From assembly GCA_041652555.1 (NCBI GenBank), contig JBAZHE010000002.1:13409-77408 (forward strand): DNA of 64,000 nucleotides. Direction: 5' to 3'. This DNA comes from Patescibacteria group bacterium (GTDB taxonomy: Bacteria; Patescibacteriota; Patescibacteriia; Patescibacteriales; WJLG01). The position numbers and the translations under genes were made by a program. The number at the start of each line of letters is the position of its first letter. Position 1 is the first letter of the stretch. Shown here in pieces: positions 60,563 to 64,000 of the stretch. The notes beneath the pieces were generated by a model. The model ran no database searches. It was not told the origin of the DNA and saw only the letters and a program-made list of their open reading frames with translations.

Positions 60563-61152
60563 TGAAAACCATAAAAATAAACATAGATAATTTTAAAAAG
60601 CAAGAAATCGACCTCGTCGTCGATTTTTTGAAAAAGGGAAAAGTGATTGTTTATCCGACTGATACAATTTATGGTTTAGGTTGTTTAGCGACGGATAAAA
60701 AAGCGATTGATAAAATTTATCGCATAAAAAAACGGGAAAAGAAAAAACCTTTAATTATTTTTGTTTCAGATTTTAAAATGTTGGCAAAATATTCTATTTT
60801 TGATAGTGTGCAGAAAAAATTTCTAAAACAAATTTGGCCAGGGCCAATCTCGGTAATTTTAAATAAAAAAGGAAAATTATTAGACGAACTTTCTGGCGGA
60901 TTGTCTAGCGTCGCCGTGCGGTTGCCAAAGAGTCGATTTCTTACTAAAATAATTAAAGGAGTTGGTTGTCCTCTTGTTTCCACAAGCTTAAATTTAAGCG
61001 GCGAAAAACCTTTATATAAAGTGGATGATTTGGATGAATTTTTTAAGGGTTTAAAACCAGATTTAATTGTTGACTTCGGGGTTAAATATAGTCAACCATC
61101 AAAGCTGATTGATTTGCGAGATATAAATGATATAAAAATTTTAAGAAAATAA
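60562..61152 (+). CDS. tsaC: Threonylcarbamoyl-AMP synthase (TsaC/Sua5-N)
   Basis: YPTDTIYGL, IKKR..KKPL, WPGP and STSLNLSG. Confidence 0.95.
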   Translation: MKTIKINIDNFKKQEIDLVVDFLKKGKVIVYPTDTIYGLGCLATDKKAIDKIYRIKKREKKKPLIIFVSDFKMLAKYSIFDSVQKKFLKQIWPGPISVILNKKGKLLDELSGGLSSVAVRLPKSRFLTKIIKGVGCPLVSTSLNLSGEKPLYKVDDLDEFFKGLKPDLIVDFGVKYSQPSKLIDLRDINDIKILRK

Positions 61153-61165
61153 TTTTAATACCTAA

Positions 61166-62440
61166 ATGCTCTTTTCTAAAAAAACAGAAAATAAAAAAAG
61201 AAATTTAACTGGAAAAATATTTTTAGTAATCTTCGTTTTATTGCTAATTGGTGCGTCTTTTTTGGCTGGCGCTTATTATTCTCAAAAAAATAAAGTGATT
61301 AGTGATTTCGCTAAAAACGGTAATGTTTTTGTCGGTTTGTTGAGCGGAAAATATAATACTGATTCAGACGGTCGCTTATCGCAAAATATTGATTTTAATC
61401 TTTATTGGGATTTGTGGGATAAATTAAAGACGGATTTTGTTGATAATGGTCAGTTAACAGAAAAAGAAATGTTTTATGGCTCATTGCGCGGTTTAGCTGA
61501 TTCTCTGAAAGATCCTTATACGCTTTTTCTTGATCCGAAAGAAACCAAAAAATTTAGCGATGATCTGTCTGGAACTTTTGAAGGGATTGGCGCAGAGATT
61601 GGCTTGCGTGATGACATTTTAACTATTGTTGCGCCTTTATCCGGAATGCCGGCGGAAAAAGCTGGTCTTAAGGCCGGTGATCAAATTTTTGCCATTAACG
61701 GAACTTCTACGATTTCTTTGAGTGTGGACGGGGCGGTAAATTTAATTCGCGGGCCGAAAGATACAAAGGTAACCCTAACTATTTATCGCCAAGGCTTCAA
61801 AGAAACCAGGGATTTTGAAATTATGCGCGACGTAATTTACGTCAAAAGCGTGGAAACTGAATTTCGTGCCGATGGTTTGTATGTAATTAAAGTTTCTAAT
61901 TTTAATGAAGATACAGCTGGACTTTTTAGCGAAGCCGCGCGCGATATTTTAACAAAAAATCCCAAGGGTGTAATTCTTGATTTGCGCAATAATCCCGGCG
62001 GATTTCTAGAGACCGCGGTCGCAATGTCTAGCGAGTGGGTTGATAATAATAAGGTGGTAATAGAAAAATTTGGCGATGGCCACGAAGAAAGTTATGTTTC
62101 CGAAGGTCGCGCGCGCTTGAAAGATTATAAGACTGTAGTTTTGGTTAATGGCGGTTCAGCTTCGGCCTCAGAAATTGTCGCTGGCGCTTTAAAAGATTAT
62201 GGTTTAGCGGTGATTGTAGGCGAAAAAACTTATGGCAAGGGTTCGGTGCAGTCTTTGGAAAATATGGAAGACGGCTCAACTTTAAAAATAACTATTGCCA
62301 AATGGTTAACACCTAATGGCACCTCTATTAATAAAGAAGGGATAACGCCGGATGTAGAGATAAAATTTACTGGAGAAGATTATGCAAATAATAAAGATCC
62401 GCAAATGGATAAAGCGATAGAAATATTATTAACTAATTAA
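61166..62440 (+). CDS. ctpA: S41 C-terminal processing protease
   Basis: DPYT, GIGAEI (PDZ), DLRNNPGG, SASASEI and GKGSVQ. Confidence 0.95.
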   Translation: MLFSKKTENKKRNLTGKIFLVIFVLLLIGASFLAGAYYSQKNKVISDFAKNGNVFVGLLSGKYNTDSDGRLSQNIDFNLYWDLWDKLKTDFVDNGQLTEKEMFYGSLRGLADSLKDPYTLFLDPKETKKFSDDLSGTFEGIGAEIGLRDDILTIVAPLSGMPAEKAGLKAGDQIFAINGTSTISLSVDGAVNLIRGPKDTKVTLTIYRQGFKETRDFEIMRDVIYVKSVETEFRADGLYVIKVSNFNEDTAGLFSEAARDILTKNPKGVILDLRNNPGGFLETAVAMSSEWVDNNKVVIEKFGDGHEESYVSEGRARLKDYKTVVLVNGGSASASEIVAGALKDYGLAVIVGEKTYGKGSVQSLENMEDGSTLKITIAKWLTPNGTSINKEGITPDVEIKFTGEDYANNKDPQMDKAIEILLTN

Positions 62441-62447
62441 TTATTCT

Positions 62448-64000
62448 ATGGTTGACAAAATTAAGAAAGATAAAACAAAATATGTCTTTGTCGTCGGCGG
62501 CGTAATGTCCGGCGTTGGTAAAGGAATAACTTGTTCTTCTATTGGAATGATTTTGCAGTCCAAGGGCTATAATGTCAGTGCCATAAAAATTGATCCTTAT
62601 ATTAATGTTGATGCTGGTACAATGAATCCGGTGGAACATGGGGAGGTTTTTGTCACGGAGGATGGCGACGAAACTGATCAGGATGTTGGAAACTACGAAA
62701 GATTTTTGAATAAAAATATTTATCGAGAGAATTATATGACTACCGGCCGAGTGTATCAGTCAGTAATTCAAAAAGAAAGAAATTTAGAATACGGTGGTCG
62801 TTGTGTAGAAGTCGTGCCTCATATTCCTTTGGAGGTTATCGATAGAATTCATAAAGCAGTAAAGAAAAGTGGCGCGAATATTATGGTTGTGGAAATTGGT
62901 GGTACGGTTGGTGAGTATCAGAATCTTTTATTTTTGGAAGCGGCTAGAATGATGAAATTATATAATCCCAAGAATGTCCAGTTTGTCATGGTTTCTTATT
63001 TGCCTATACCAAATAAGATAGGTGAAATGAAAACCAAACCAACGCAATATGCTATTCGTTCGCTCAATGCCGCCGGTATTCAGCCAAACTTTATTGTGGC
63101 GCGTGCTGATGTACCAATAGACGCTCCGCGTCGTGAAAAGATAGCTATGAATTGCGGGATAGAACCAGAGGATGTTATTTCCGCTCCTGATATAGATTCT
63201 ATTTATGATGTACCGCTTAATTTTGAAAAAGATCATTTAGGCGATCGTATTCTAAAAAAATTCGGTTTAAAGAAAAAGAAAGATGATTTGAAAGATTGGA
63301 CGGCTATGACAGAAAGACGCCGTTCTGCTAAAAAAGAAGTGGAGATCGGCATCGTTGGAAAGTATTTCCAAAGCGGTCAGTTTTGTTTTACTGATTCGTA
63401 TGTTTCAGTTATCGAAGCGATTAAACATGCCGCGACTGCCAATAATTGTAAGGTTAATTTACATTGGTTGTCCTCGGAGGATATAGAAAAAGACGGGTCT
63501 TCTTCTTTAAAAAAGTATGATGGAATAATAGTTCCTCAAGGTTGGGGTTCTCGTGGTGCTGAGGGGAAAATAAAAACAATCGAGTATTGTCGAAAAAATA
63601 AAAAACCTTATTTTGGTTTGTGCTATGGAATGCAAATGGCAGCTATAGAATTTGCCCGCAATGTTTTGGGTTTTACTGATGCTAATTCGGCTGAGGTGGA
63701 TCCAAAAACTAAACACCCAGTAATCCATATTATGCCGGGTCAGGCAGAAATGATTGCTAAAAAACAATATGGCGGAACTATTCGTTTGGGAGGCTGGCCT
63801 TGCAGTTTAAAGAAGGGGACTCATCTGTATAATGCCTACAAAGCGCAAAATCCGGCCGTAGAAACGGTTTCCGAGCGTCATCGCCATCGTTACGAGTTTA
63901 ATAATGAATACCGAGAAGCGATGGAGAAAAAAGGCTTAACAATAGCTGGCACTTCCCCGGACGGAAAAATTGTAGAAGCTATAGAAATAACCAATCACCC
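62448..64000 (+). CDS. pyrG: CTP synthase (runs off the window end; absent from the ORF track)
   Basis: Manual translation: KYVFVVGGVMSGVGKG, KIDPYINVDAGTMNP.EHGEVFV, EIGGTVG, KTKPTQ, GLCYGMQ and ERHRHRYE. Confidence 0.98.
   Translation, partial: MVDKIKKDKTKYVFVVGGVMSGVGKGITCSSIGMILQSKGYNVSAIKIDPYINVDAGTMNPVEHGEVFVTEDGDETDQDVGNYERFLNKNIYRENYMTTGRVYQSVIQKERNLEYGGRCVEVVPHIPLEVIDRIHKAVKKSGANIMVVEIGGTVGEYQNLLFLEAARMMKLYNPKNVQFVMVSYLPIPNKIGEMKTKPTQYAIRSLNAAGIQPNFIVARADVPIDAPRREKIAMNCGIEPEDVISAPDIDSIYDVPLNFEKDHLGDRILKKFGLKKKKDDLKDWTAMTERRRSAKKEVEIGIVGKYFQSGQFCFTDSYVSVIEAIKHAATANNCKVNLHWLSSEDIEKDGSSSLKKYDGIIVPQGWGSRGAEGKIKTIEYCRKNKKPYFGLCYGMQMAAIEFARNVLGFTDANSAEVDPKTKHPVIHIMPGQAEMIAKKQYGGTIRLGGWPCSLKKGTHLYNAYKAQNPAVETVSERHRHRYEFNNEYREAMEKKGLTIAGTSPDGKIVEAIEITNH

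Overview
AT-rich bacterial chromosome segment using genetic code 11 (TGA acts as stop). Gene content and style (SD-less A/T-rich leaders, short AtpH and TsaB, reduced dcw cluster, rplJL separated from secE-nusG-rplKA, FG-GAP/DUF11-type surface proteins) point to a Patescibacteria/CPR (Parcubacteria/ABY1-like) genome; this assignment is inference. Core content: pilD, ftsA-ftsZ, class I aldolase, gpmI, an unlisted 59-aa ferredoxin, rplJL with an L10 leader, a complete F-type ATP synthase with a Na+-binding c-subunit signature, a surface-glycan cluster, mraZ-rsmH-ftsL-ftsI-murF, rmlA, rplU, recR-ybaB-dnaB, tRNA-Lys and tRNA-Thr, a thymidylate operon, secE-nusG-rplK-rplA, rsmI, metG, cvpA, tsaC, ctpA and a partial pyrG. 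Two observations stand out. First, two foreign-looking cassettes lie in or at the edge of the glycan cluster and share one architecture: hairpin leader, boxA-like motif about 40 nt before the ATG, strong Shine-Dalgarno and their own terminator; they encode FCB-style secreted proteins rich in D-(S/T)-hydrophobic motifs. Second, several families of tiny palindromic elements nest inside each other, flank one gene as inverted copies, and sit in-frame inside a dUTPase-family gene. No CRISPR array, rRNA, transposase or prophage was seen.
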